From NCBI RefSeq assembly GCF_016711335.1, contig NZ_JADJTF010000001.1, forward strand, positions 2,321,401-2,385,400: 64,000 bases of DNA. Reading direction: 5' to 3'. The notes beneath the pieces were generated by a model. It did no database searches. It was not told where the DNA came from and saw only the letters and a program-made list of their open reading frames with translations. Numbering within the stretch: position 1 is the first letter of the stretch; each line of letters opens with the position of its first letter. Below, piece after piece: positions 1 through 7,833 of this stretch. The translations under genes and the position numbers were made by a program. The DNA is from Thiofilum sp. (GTDB lineage Bacteria; Pseudomonadota; Gammaproteobacteria; Thiotrichales; Thiotrichaceae).

Positions 1-105
1 AATAGAAATAGCCCCCGCTTTATGACCAGCTAAAAAGGCCTCCTCACTGCGACAATCGATGCTTGCTAGCACTCCACTGGAGGTGGATTGTGATATACTT
101 GGCAT
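1..105 (-). CDS. Rhodanese-like domain protein, N-terminal part (5' partial; start codon at 105..103)
   Basis: Minus-strand translation from ATG at 105: MPSISQSTSSGVLASIDCRSEEAFLAGHKAGAISI, a rhodanese-type D.R...F..GH..GA.NI motif. The ORF runs off the window edge. Confidence 0.4.
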   Translation of the reverse strand, partial: MPSISQSTSSGVLASIDCRSEEAFLAGHKAGAISI

Positions 106-132
106 AGTGTTTTGAAAGCCTCTTATGGATGA

Positions 133-363
133 GTGTTAAGCCCTATGCTAATACGAATTGGTTTGCCTGTGTTGCTAGTTTGTAGTCTTACTGCATGTGC
201 TAACCCTGCGGTCAAACCGTGGGAGCGTGGTGTATTAGCCGAACCTGCAATGACGTTTGGACATGATGCGCTCAAGGACAGTATTGCGGATCATGTGTAT
301 TTTTCTAAAGAGGCGACCAGTGGTGGACGCTCTATTGCCGGAGGAGGCTGTGGATGCAATTAA
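133..363 (+). CDS. DUF4266-type small lipoprotein
   Basis: 76-aa ORF with lipobox LLVCSLTAC and a Gly/Cys-rich tail. It lies immediately upstream of a DUF3570 barrel gene and overlaps it by 10 nt, the canonical DUF4266/DUF3570 pairing. Confidence 0.55.
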   Translation: MLSPMLIRIGLPVLLVCSLTACANPAVKPWERGVLAEPAMTFGHDALKDSIADHVYFSKEATSGGRSIAGGGCGCN

Positions 364-1568
364 GCACTTGGCAATCATTAGCACTCGCCGCCGCTAGTTT
401 AGTAGGCACATCGAGCGTGCAAGCCGCCCAATGGGAGCATGATGCAGCCTTATTATATTACGGTGAATCCGATGAGCGCGTGCAGGCAGGTAGTATTAAA
501 TACCAAGGCAAACGTGGAGCTGATGAAGATGATAAATTCACCGTTACCGCTGGGGTAGATGCTTTAACCGGAGCTTCGCCTTTAGGGGTTGCACCGAGTT
601 ATAACGCCCAAACCATGACCAGCCCTTCGGGTAAAACCATTCAAATTCCCGCCGGACAACTTCCCCTCGATGATAGTTTTAAAGATGTACGGGTATCCGG
701 TGCATTGCAATGGGATAAAGGCATTAATGAGCAGTGGCGGCATAATAGCGGTGTGACTTTTTCCAAAGAGTATGACTATTTACACACGGGAGTAAACAGT
801 ACCCTAAGTCGTAATGTTAATAATAAAAACACAACGCTCAGTGCTGGAGTGGCCTTAGGTTATGATCAAGTACAGGCTATTGAGGGTAAACCGGTTCCTT
901 TAACGCTAGCAGGTAGTGCGCGCGCGGGCGATGGGACAAAAAAGAATGCTGAAGTGATGCTAGGGGTGACTCAAGTTTTGTCTAAACGAGCGATTGCCCA
1001 GCTTAATTACAGCTATAGCCAAGCCTCTGGTTATCTCAATGATCCGTATAAATATATCAGTATTACCACCCCAGCGGGTGTAGTGAACGAGAACCGCTAT
1101 GAGGCTCGCCCTGATACGCGCAAAGGTCATACTGTTTACGCAGCGCTCAAATATAAAGCGAATGATAAAACCACACTCACCAGTAGTGTACGCTTACAGC
1201 AAAACGATTGGGGTACGGATTCATTCACGGCTGAACAAGCAGTGCGCTTTGATTTAGGCAATGAGCGCAGTATTGAGCCAAGCGTGCGCTTTTATCATCA
1301 GAAAGCGGCTGATTTTTATAAGCCACAACTCTTAACTACGGAAGCATTACCGCACTATGCCTCAGCCGATTATCGCTTGGCTGAGTTTAATGCTTATACG
1401 GTGGGAGCCACCTACCGCTGGAAAGGCAGCAAAAACAAAGAGTGGCGCATCACAGGTGAGTACTATAAACAAAAGCCTAAAGCTGTTGCCTTGACAGCAG
1501 GACAAGCAGGTTTGAATGCGAATCCGGGGTTTGAGGCGGTCATGGTATCGCTAGGTGTGAAGTTTTAA
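354..1568 (+). CDS. DUF3570-family putative outer-membrane beta-barrel protein
   Basis: 404-aa ORF with a signal peptide (ALAAASLVGTSSVQAAQ). Alternating beta-strand-like composition, aromatic-rich throughout, ends ...VSLGVKF. Sits next to DUF4266 and ApbE genes. Confidence 0.55.
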   Translation: MQLSTWQSLALAAASLVGTSSVQAAQWEHDAALLYYGESDERVQAGSIKYQGKRGADEDDKFTVTAGVDALTGASPLGVAPSYNAQTMTSPSGKTIQIPAGQLPLDDSFKDVRVSGALQWDKGINEQWRHNSGVTFSKEYDYLHTGVNSTLSRNVNNKNTTLSAGVALGYDQVQAIEGKPVPLTLAGSARAGDGTKKNAEVMLGVTQVLSKRAIAQLNYSYSQASGYLNDPYKYISITTPAGVVNENRYEARPDTRKGHTVYAALKYKANDKTTLTSSVRLQQNDWGTDSFTAEQAVRFDLGNERSIEPSVRFYHQKAADFYKPQLLTTEALPHYASADYRLAEFNAYTVGATYRWKGSKNKEWRITGEYYKQKPKAVALTAGQAGLNANPGFEAVMVSLGVKF

Positions 1569-1570
1569 AG

Positions 1571-2458
1571 GTGACTTTGCAGCTACAAGCAACTGAGCAC
1601 GGTTGGGCTGGCTATTTTCAGGCAATGGCTAGCCCTTGTATGATTTTACTAGAGCAAGCTCTGCCCTATGAGCAGGCTTATCAAAACCTAATGCACCTCG
1701 CTCAAGAGGTGTGGCGCATTGAGCATAAATATTCACGTTATCAATCTGATTCGGTATTAAGCCATATTAATCAAAATGCAGGTCAAGTGACGGCTATTGA
1801 TACTGAAACCTATCAACTCCTGTTTGTAGCTCAACTATTATGGCAATTAAGCGCGGGGCGTTTTGATGCTACCAGTGGCGTATTGCGTCGTGTGTGGCGC
1901 TTTAAGGGACAAAACTCTATCCCCACTCAAGAGCAAATTAATGAGCTATTGCCTTTTGTTGGCTGGGATAAGGTCAAATTAACTACCGAGCATATTAAGT
2001 TACAAAGGGGTATGCAGCTTGATTTAGGTGGGGTAGGGAAAGAGTACGCCGCAGATCGCTGTGCTCATTTAGCGGGTGAGTTAGGTTTAGACCATTGTTT
2101 AATCAATCTGGGGGGAGATATTGCTACTGATGGTCGACGTGCTAATGGCGAGGCGTGGCAGATTGGGATTGAAGATAGTCAGCAAGTGGGGAAAGTAGGG
2201 CAAACTGTACCGCTCTTGCAAGGCGGAATGGCTACCAGTGGTGATAGTTTTCGTTTTGTCGAAGTGGGGGGACAGCGTTATAGCCATATACTAGATGCAC
2301 GCACGGGCTGGCCTGTAACGGGTGCACCGCGCTCAGTCACAGTAGCTGCTCCTAATTGCACCGAGGCGGGCATGTTAAGCACTTTAGCGCTATTACATGA
2401 CGCAGCAGCAGAGCCTTTTTTAAAGCAAAGCGGGCGTCCCTTTTGGTTGCAGTGGTAG
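1571..2458 (+). CDS. apbE: ApbE-family FAD:protein FMN transferase
   Basis: 295-aa ORF with FQAMASPCMILLE (the ApbE F.AMGT..I motif), GGVGKEYAADR and later ATSGD motifs. Downstream of DUF3570. Confidence 0.7.
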   Translation: MTLQLQATEHGWAGYFQAMASPCMILLEQALPYEQAYQNLMHLAQEVWRIEHKYSRYQSDSVLSHINQNAGQVTAIDTETYQLLFVAQLLWQLSAGRFDATSGVLRRVWRFKGQNSIPTQEQINELLPFVGWDKVKLTTEHIKLQRGMQLDLGGVGKEYAADRCAHLAGELGLDHCLINLGGDIATDGRRANGEAWQIGIEDSQQVGKVGQTVPLLQGGMATSGDSFRFVEVGGQRYSHILDARTGWPVTGAPRSVTVAAPNCTEAGMLSTLALLHDAAAEPFLKQSGRPFWLQW

Positions 2459-2472
2459 CGCTTAGGATTGCT

Positions 2473-3009
2473 CTAAGATTGTTCTAAACAGGGATGCTCC
2501 GCATTAAAGGCTTTGACAGGTTTTTGCGGTAATTGATTGAGAGGCCAATGTTCTGGAAAGGTATAACCCTCACCACTGAGTTGTTTGCGTTCTTCCCAAA
2601 TCTTTTTACCGCGACTGGAAAAATAAATACGGTATTCATAGGTAGTATTATTCACTGCACTCGCTCGCACAAAGGCAAAGCGTAGACGGCTTTTGATGTC
2701 ATAATATAAATCAGTCTGTACCACCGAATCATCTGAGCCACCAGCAAAAGTATATAACTGTGCTATGCCTTGTGAGTTGCTATATAAATGGCGCTCACCG
2801 TCAGCGTGAGGTTGACAGTATTCAAAAATCCGACTTTTTTTATTAAGTTGTCCCGCCTGTTTAGCATTTTGAATACTATTAAAAATGCCACGTATGGTGA
2901 CAATATCAGGATGATTAAACCAATTATTAGCCGTAATAGGCTCCGCTTGAATAGTTAAGCTCAAGCTCATTAGCAACATACCGCCACTGATTACTGCTAA
3001 AGGTTTCAT
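2473..3009 (-). CDS. Secreted hypothetical protein
   Basis: 178-aa ORF with N-terminal signal peptide MKPLAVISGGMLLMSLSLTIQA. No recognisable domain. Confidence 0.5.
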   Translation of the reverse strand: MKPLAVISGGMLLMSLSLTIQAEPITANNWFNHPDIVTIRGIFNSIQNAKQAGQLNKKSRIFEYCQPHADGERHLYSNSQGIAQLYTFAGGSDDSVVQTDLYYDIKSRLRFAFVRASAVNNTTYEYRIYFSSRGKKIWEERKQLSGEGYTFPEHWPLNQLPQKPVKAFNAEHPCLEQS

Positions 3010-3019
3010 AGTGTCGTCT

Positions 3020-3361
3020 CTACGCTTTCTTCACAAACTCTGATTTTAATTGCATTGCGCCGATGCCTTCAATCTTGCAATCAATATTATGATCGCCTTC
3101 GACTAAACGAATATTTTTTACTTTAGTACCCACTTTCACTACTAAAGACGAGCCTTTGACTTTGAGATTTTTAATCACGGTCACGCTATCGCCATCTTGT
3201 AGGGGATTACCATTTGCATCAATCACTTGCAACGCTGCGTCACTGGTTTCAACCGGTGCGTCTTTTGACCATTCGTGTCCACATTCAGGGCAAATGTATT
3301 GATTGTTATCCTCGTAAGTATAGGTCGAGTGGCATTGAGGGCAGGGTGGAAAATCATTCAT
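3020..3361 (-). CDS. phnA: PhnA/YjdC-family zinc-ribbon protein
   Basis: Internal ATG at 3361 gives a 113-aa protein starting [31 protein letters not shown] followed by a C-terminal beta-domain, matching the PhnA-family hallmark. The longer ORF to 3457 adds a non-conserved leader. Confidence 0.75.
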   Translation of the reverse strand: MNDFPPCPQCHSTYTYEDNNQYICPECGHEWSKDAPVETSDAALQVIDANGNPLQDGDSVTVIKNLKVKGSSLVVKVGTKVKNIRLVEGDHNIDCKIEGIGAMQLKSEFVKKA

Positions 3362-3429
3362 CTTAAATCCTTCAGGGGCTAAAGCAGGCAAAAATGGGGC
3401 GAAGTGTAGCAGATAACTTGATTTAGACG

Positions 3430-3999
3430 TTAAAGAGTTTGTTGTCCTAAAATCCAAGGCAGTAATCTCGCCATATTACGCGCATCATCAATACCGCGAT
3501 GATGAGTGCCTTGTAGCGTTAGTCGCGCTAACCTTAGCGCATAATTCATCCCATACGCTTTAGGTAATTGCTGAGTGGTGGAAAAGAGCTTTTTAATATT
3601 TACATGCGGTGCGTCTATGGGAAAGGGTAACTGATGATACTCACTATCTTGTCTTAATTGGTTATAGTCGTAATCACCCCAAGAACAAAATACTATATTT
3701 TCATAAGGTTGCAACCAGTGCTGCAAGGTTTGAATCGCTTCAGGATAGGTGGGGGCGCTATCCACATCGGTTTGCTCAATCGTGGTTAAGGTGGTGCAAA
3801 ACGGTGTGAGAATCGGGTGGCGCATAGGCTTAATAAAGGTATTAAACTCAGCGACTATTTGTAAAGAGGAGGCGTCAACCATCACTGCACCGATCTCAAT
3901 GGTTTCCATCGCTTTGCGCGGCACAGTATTTTGATCGCAACAAGTGGCTTCTAAATCAATGATTAAGTAATAAGAATAGGGGGATAAAGGATGTGTCAT
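3430..3999 (-). CDS. DEDDh-type 3'-5' exonuclease domain protein
   Basis: 189-aa ORF with LIIDLEATC (Exo I motif), FCSWGDYD (Exo II) and [14 protein letters not shown] (Exo III with His), as in ERI-1/KapD-like exonucleases. Confidence 0.65.
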   Translation of the reverse strand: MTHPLSPYSYYLIIDLEATCCDQNTVPRKAMETIEIGAVMVDASSLQIVAEFNTFIKPMRHPILTPFCTTLTTIEQTDVDSAPTYPEAIQTLQHWLQPYENIVFCSWGDYDYNQLRQDSEYHQLPFPIDAPHVNIKKLFSTTQQLPKAYGMNYALRLARLTLQGTHHRGIDDARNMARLLPWILGQQTL

Positions 4000-4250
4000 G
4001 TACGTTGTATGTGTTTACCTAGTTTATAATCTACGCTGGTTTGCCATGCATCTTGTTCTTGTGCGATTAAGGCAGGATTAGCATAGCGTTTTAAGCTACC
4101 TCGTAAACTTTTCTTATGAACAATAGTTGGCATAATTTTTTGGGGAGCTGTGAGTACAATAATTTCTACTTCTTGCCCCCAAAACTGTTTAGGTAGTTGG
4201 AGATGGATTTCTCCATTAGCTACGGTTTGAATGCTGCGTAGGGCTTCCAT
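3996..4250 (-). CDS. Small hypothetical protein, translationally coupled to the exonuclease
   Basis: 84-aa ORF whose stop overlaps the exonuclease start by 4 nt. Contains GEIHLQLPKQFWGQEVEIIVL, a swapped-hairpin/AbrB-like motif (inference). Confidence 0.35.
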   Translation of the reverse strand: MEALRSIQTVANGEIHLQLPKQFWGQEVEIIVLTAPQKIMPTIVHKKSLRGSLKRYANPALIAQEQDAWQTSVDYKLGKHIQRT

Positions 4251-4406
4251 TAAGCAATGCCTCTCTAGATAAGTTAGTGCAAGGATAGCATTATGAGTTC
4301 AAGATAGGAGTGATATTCTGAAAATAAGAATATCGGAATAGATACTAAAAAATACCCTGTAAAAATATGTAAAGCTATCCTTATCACTAATCAGCCAGTA
4401 TGGGCA

Positions 4407-4766
4407 TTAAGCGAGCGCTGCATTCACCTTTTGTAGGAATACATTTTCACGGCTATCTTCGCCATCGGCTTTGACGACCGCTTCAAGCATTTTGATACAG
4501 GAGTCTTTTAAATCAGTACCTTTAAAAAATGCACATTGAGTGGTAATAAAGGTATCAAAGGTGGTCTCGCTTTCAATAGCTTTACGGACTGAGGCGGTTT
4601 CGCGCATAGCGAATAAACCGATTTCTTTCATTGAGTCCCATTTCAGAGTATTGAGCAGCTTTTTAAACGCTTCTTCTTCGGCGAGTGATAGACGTTTATC
4701 TTGATAGCGTGCAGCGAGCATGAGTTTAACAAGTGCTTCGTTTTGAGCTTGAGTGAGTGTAGTCAT
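4407..4766 (-). CDS. TerB-like family protein
   Basis: 119-aa ORF with two halves carrying TerB-like motifs (LVKLMLAARYQDKRLSLAEEEAF and LEAVVKADGEDSRENVFLQKV). Confidence 0.4.
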   Translation of the reverse strand: MTTLTQAQNEALVKLMLAARYQDKRLSLAEEEAFKKLLNTLKWDSMKEIGLFAMRETASVRKAIESETTFDTFITTQCAFFKGTDLKDSCIKMLEAVVKADGEDSRENVFLQKVNAALA

Positions 4767-4844
4767 GATTCAGCATTAGCCCTTTATGGATGTGGCAAAA
4801 ATAACACACAATGTAGCTTTGCTTAGCTGAATCGCACCTTGACA

Positions 4845-5279
4845 TTAGGTAGCTTTTGGCAGGCGTTGAATATACTTATAGGAAACCCGTTCAAACCCTA
4901 AATGTTCATAAAAAGCCTGTGCATCAGCACGTTGCAGACCAGTGGTGAGTTCCAATACTTGACAATGTTGCTCTAGAGCCTTTTGTTGTGCCTGTGCCAT
5001 TAATGCTTTACCTATCCCCCACCCGCGCAGTGCTTGATCCACGACTAAGGTCATAATACGACAGTAGCGTTCTGCACTAGGTAAGTAATCAAAGTAAATT
5101 AAGCTCATGACCCCAACCACTTTATTATCTAATATGGCAACATAAATAGCGGGATCATGAGCGGGGTTTAATAGCGGTTTAAGTTTATCCGCAGGGGTTT
5201 GATAGCCTAGTTGAGCCAATAATAAGGAAATAGCGGTAGCATCTTTAAGAGTGGCGGTGCGAATTGATAGAGGCAGCAT
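4845..5279 (-). CDS. GNAT-family N-acetyltransferase
   Basis: Motif A RGWGIGKALM, beta-alpha acetyl-CoA fold pattern. Likely start is ATG at 5279 (MLPLSIRTATL); the ORF-track start at 5294 is a TTG. Confidence 0.8.
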   Translation of the reverse strand: MLPLSIRTATLKDATAISLLLAQLGYQTPADKLKPLLNPAHDPAIYVAILDNKVVGVMSLIYFDYLPSAERYCRIMTLVVDQALRGWGIGKALMAQAQQKALEQHCQVLELTTGLQRADAQAFYEHLGFERVSYKYIQRLPKAT

Positions 5280-5290
5280 GTTTTTAACGG

Positions 5291-5704
5291 TCAATACTTT
5301 TTATTCATATCTACAGTGAGCTTCGCAGAAGCTAACTCATCTTCATCAAAGGTAAAAGCCGATAAATTGATAATAAATTTTGTCAGTGGTATTTCTTTTG
5401 GAAGATCCATCTGCCAGACAAGATCAAAATCACCTTCTGGTTGAGGTAGTGGCTTGCCAATTTTGCCCAAAACTTCATTTAGATCATAGGTTTTCTTCCA
5501 AATACTAACCGAGCCAAGTTTTACTATGACATCTGCATAAGCACCTTCTTCCAGCGATCTTAAGAGACTACCTTGCAGTCTGCACTCAATCGTTTGTCCT
5601 GGATTAATACGAGTAGTTGAAACAGAAAACGAAGTAATTTTTAGCAACTCACAGGAGGCATCGCTAGTAATTGTATAAGACCAATTGCAAGTTTCTTGGG
5701 GCAT
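5291..5704 (-). CDS. Hypothetical protein, possible ML/MD-2-like beta-sandwich lipid-binding fold
   Basis: 137-aa ORF. Two Cys in the N-terminal region and spacing of hydrophobic strands reminiscent of ML-domain proteins (weak inference). Sits between the GNAT gene and a decayed copy of the GNAT 5' end. Confidence 0.4.
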   Translation of the reverse strand: MPQETCNWSYTITSDASCELLKITSFSVSTTRINPGQTIECRLQGSLLRSLEEGAYADVIVKLGSVSIWKKTYDLNEVLGKIGKPLPQPEGDFDLVWQMDLPKEIPLTKFIINLSAFTFDEDELASAKLTVDMNKKY

Positions 5705-5751
5705 AATAAAGTTCTTCAGGGGGGTGAAAAGCTTAAAAATATAACAAACCT

Positions 5752-5826
5752 TAGACCTTTACAAGTAGAGACTGGAAGGCGTCAGCGTCCTTAAAGGTAG
5801 TAGTGCGAATCGATAGAGGCAGCATA
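5752..5826 (-). pseudogene. Decayed duplicate of the GNAT 5' end (encodes MLPLSIRTTTFKDADAFQSLLVKV*)
   Basis: 5776..5817 aligns with 5239..5280. The core gtgcgaat(c/t)gatagaggcagcat is 24/25 identical. The translated stub parallels the GNAT N-terminus MLPLSIRTATLKDATAISLL. Confidence 0.6.
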
Positions 5827-5934
5827 AGATTAGTACTCATACACAGTGATCTCACTATAGTAGCAAAGTAATAGAGTCATTTTTAGGGATAGAGTACTTG
5901 TGTGAGCGCTATGTTTAATGCTACATAACGCTTT

Positions 5935-6279
5935 ATGAAACAGAGTCCTTATTTTTTACGCGGTCGTTTTTGGATTGAAAGCCCTACCGGAACCTTTCTA
6001 GGTCAGGGGCGTGTGGTGCTATTGGAGCATATTCGTACTTATGGTTCGATCAGTGCGGCGGCACGGGTGATGAATATGTCGTATCGTCAAGCATGGCAAT
6101 TAGTCAATACTATGAATAGTCATAGTACCGCGCCTTTGGTGGAAAGTGTGACCGGAGGTAAAGGTGGGGGTGGCGCTATATTAACCGCCACCGGTGAGCG
6201 AGCGATTAGTCTTTATTACGCGGTTAAACAAGATTTTGAGCAGTTTTTAGAGCAGCGTTCACAACAGTTAGACTGGTAA
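5935..6279 (+). CDS. ModE-like molybdate-responsive regulator, N-terminal wHTH domain only
   Basis: 114-aa protein with GSISAAARVMNMSYRQAWQLVNTMN (ModE N-terminal HTH signature) and GGKGGGGAILT. No C-terminal TOBE/Mop domains. Immediately upstream of modAB. Confidence 0.7.
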   Translation: MKQSPYFLRGRFWIESPTGTFLGQGRVVLLEHIRTYGSISAAARVMNMSYRQAWQLVNTMNSHSTAPLVESVTGGKGGGGAILTATGERAISLYYAVKQDFEQFLEQRSQQLDW

Positions 6280-6294
6280 AAAATTTTTGCTCTG

Positions 6295-6318
6295 CGCTAT
6301 ATAAATTTGGGAATAACG
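6295..6318 (+). promoter_or_regulatory. Putative ModE operator upstream of modA
   Basis: cgctatataaatttgggaataacg: imperfect dyad CGCTATAT...(rc)CGTTATT, resembling the ModE-box class CGnTATATA-N-TATATAnCG. About 26 nt upstream of the modA ATG. Confidence 0.3.
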
Positions 6319-6343
6319 TAACCTACTGAAAAGGAATTAATTA

Positions 6344-7135
6344 ATGAAAGTATTATCCTATGCTTTATTGGCACTTACGCTAGGTTTGAGTGCAGTGCAG
6401 GCGGCTGAGGTACAAGTCGCAGTTGCCTCTAATTTTACTAAGCCGATGGAAAAGATTGCTGAGGCGTTTAAAACCAAAACCGGACACGATGCTAAATTAT
6501 CCTTTGGTGCTTCGGGGGCATTTGTGACCCAAATTAAAAATGGTGCGCCGTTTGAAGTGTTTTTATCAGCGGATGATAAAAAAGCAGCGCCTCTAGTAGA
6601 GGAAAAGTTAGCGATTGCGGATACCGCCTTTATTTATGCCCAAGGTAAATTAGCGCTCTGGTCAGCACAGGATAAATTCGTCGATGATCAAGGTAAGGTT
6701 TTAGAAGGTGATACGTTTAAACATATCGCTATTGCTGATCCTAAACTAGCCCCCTATGGTACTGCGGCTATGCAGGTTCTGGATCAATTAAAGCTTACCG
6801 ATAAAGTGAAAGCTAAAATCGTTCAAGGTGAGAATATTGGTCAAACCATGCAATTTGTAAGTACAGGTAATGCCGAATTAGGGTTTGTCGCTTTGTCTCA
6901 AGTTATCGCTGAACCCTCACAAACAGGCTCAGTGTGGATAGTGCCAGACGACCTATATGCTCCGATTAATCAGCAAGCGGTATTACTCACCAAAGGCGAA
7001 AACAATGAAGCTGCTAAAGCCTTAATGGACTTTTTAAAGTCCAATGAAGCCGTTTCGATTATTGAAACCTTTGGCTATAAAGTACCTGCTACAGAAACAC
7101 CTAGCACTACAACGCCTGATGCTCCTAAGTCCTGA
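6344..7135 (+). CDS. modA: Molybdate ABC transporter substrate-binding protein ModA
   Basis: 263-aa ORF with signal peptide, SNFTKPMEKIAEAFK, SFGASGA and FLSADD motifs typical of ModA. Confidence 0.85.
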   Translation: MKVLSYALLALTLGLSAVQAAEVQVAVASNFTKPMEKIAEAFKTKTGHDAKLSFGASGAFVTQIKNGAPFEVFLSADDKKAAPLVEEKLAIADTAFIYAQGKLALWSAQDKFVDDQGKVLEGDTFKHIAIADPKLAPYGTAAMQVLDQLKLTDKVKAKIVQGENIGQTMQFVSTGNAELGFVALSQVIAEPSQTGSVWIVPDDLYAPINQQAVLLTKGENNEAAKALMDFLKSNEAVSIIETFGYKVPATETPSTTTPDAPKS

Positions 7136-7805
7136 GGATTGGTCGGCTATTGGGCTGACCTTACAGTTAGCCCTTGTCACCACTGTTATTTTATTAGTGA
7201 TGGGTACACCGATTGCATGGTGGTTAGCGACTACGCGCTCGCGTCTTAAAGTGCTAATCGGTTCAGTGGTGGCGTTGCCCTTGGTATTGCCGCCTACGGT
7301 ATTGGGCTTTTATTTATTAGTGTTTCTGAGTCCACAAAGTACCTTAGGGCAATGGATGCAAAGTATCGGGCTTAATACTTTGCCTTTTACCTTTGCGGGA
7401 ATGGTGGTGGCCTCAGTTATTTATTCCGCTCCTTTTGTGATTCAGCCCTTACAAAATGCGTTTGAAACGGTGAATCGTCATTATTTAGAGGTAGCCGCTA
7501 CGTTGGGCGCGTCTAAGCAGCGCACTTTTTGGCAGATTGTGTTGCCTTTGTCGCGGCATGGGATTTTAACCGCCTGTGTGTTGGGGTTTGCGCATACGGT
7601 GGGTGAGTTTGGGGTGGTACTCATGATCGGGGGTAATATTCCCGACCGTACTCGTGTGGTATCGATGCAAATTTATAATCATGTTGAGGCGCTCGAATAT
7701 GAGCAAGCGCATACCTTAGCGTTAGGTATGGTGATATTCGCCTTTGTGGTGCTAGTGATGATGTATTGGCTCAATCAATATACTGCGCCACGTAAGAAGT
7801 ATTGA
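7119..7805 (+). CDS. modB: Molybdate ABC transporter permease ModB
   Basis: ATG at 7119 (MLLSPEDWSAIGLTLQLA, typical ModB start) overlapping the modA end by 17 nt. The longer ORF from 7044 is also possible. Carries the EAA-like loop of ABC permeases. No modC follows. Confidence 0.8.
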   Translation: MLLSPEDWSAIGLTLQLALVTTVILLVMGTPIAWWLATTRSRLKVLIGSVVALPLVLPPTVLGFYLLVFLSPQSTLGQWMQSIGLNTLPFTFAGMVVASVIYSAPFVIQPLQNAFETVNRHYLEVAATLGASKQRTFWQIVLPLSRHGILTACVLGFAHTVGEFGVVLMIGGNIPDRTRVVSMQIYNHVEALEYEQAHTLALGMVIFAFVVLVMMYWLNQYTAPRKKY

Positions 7806-7833
7806 GAACTTTGCTTGATCGCCAAGCCTTTGC

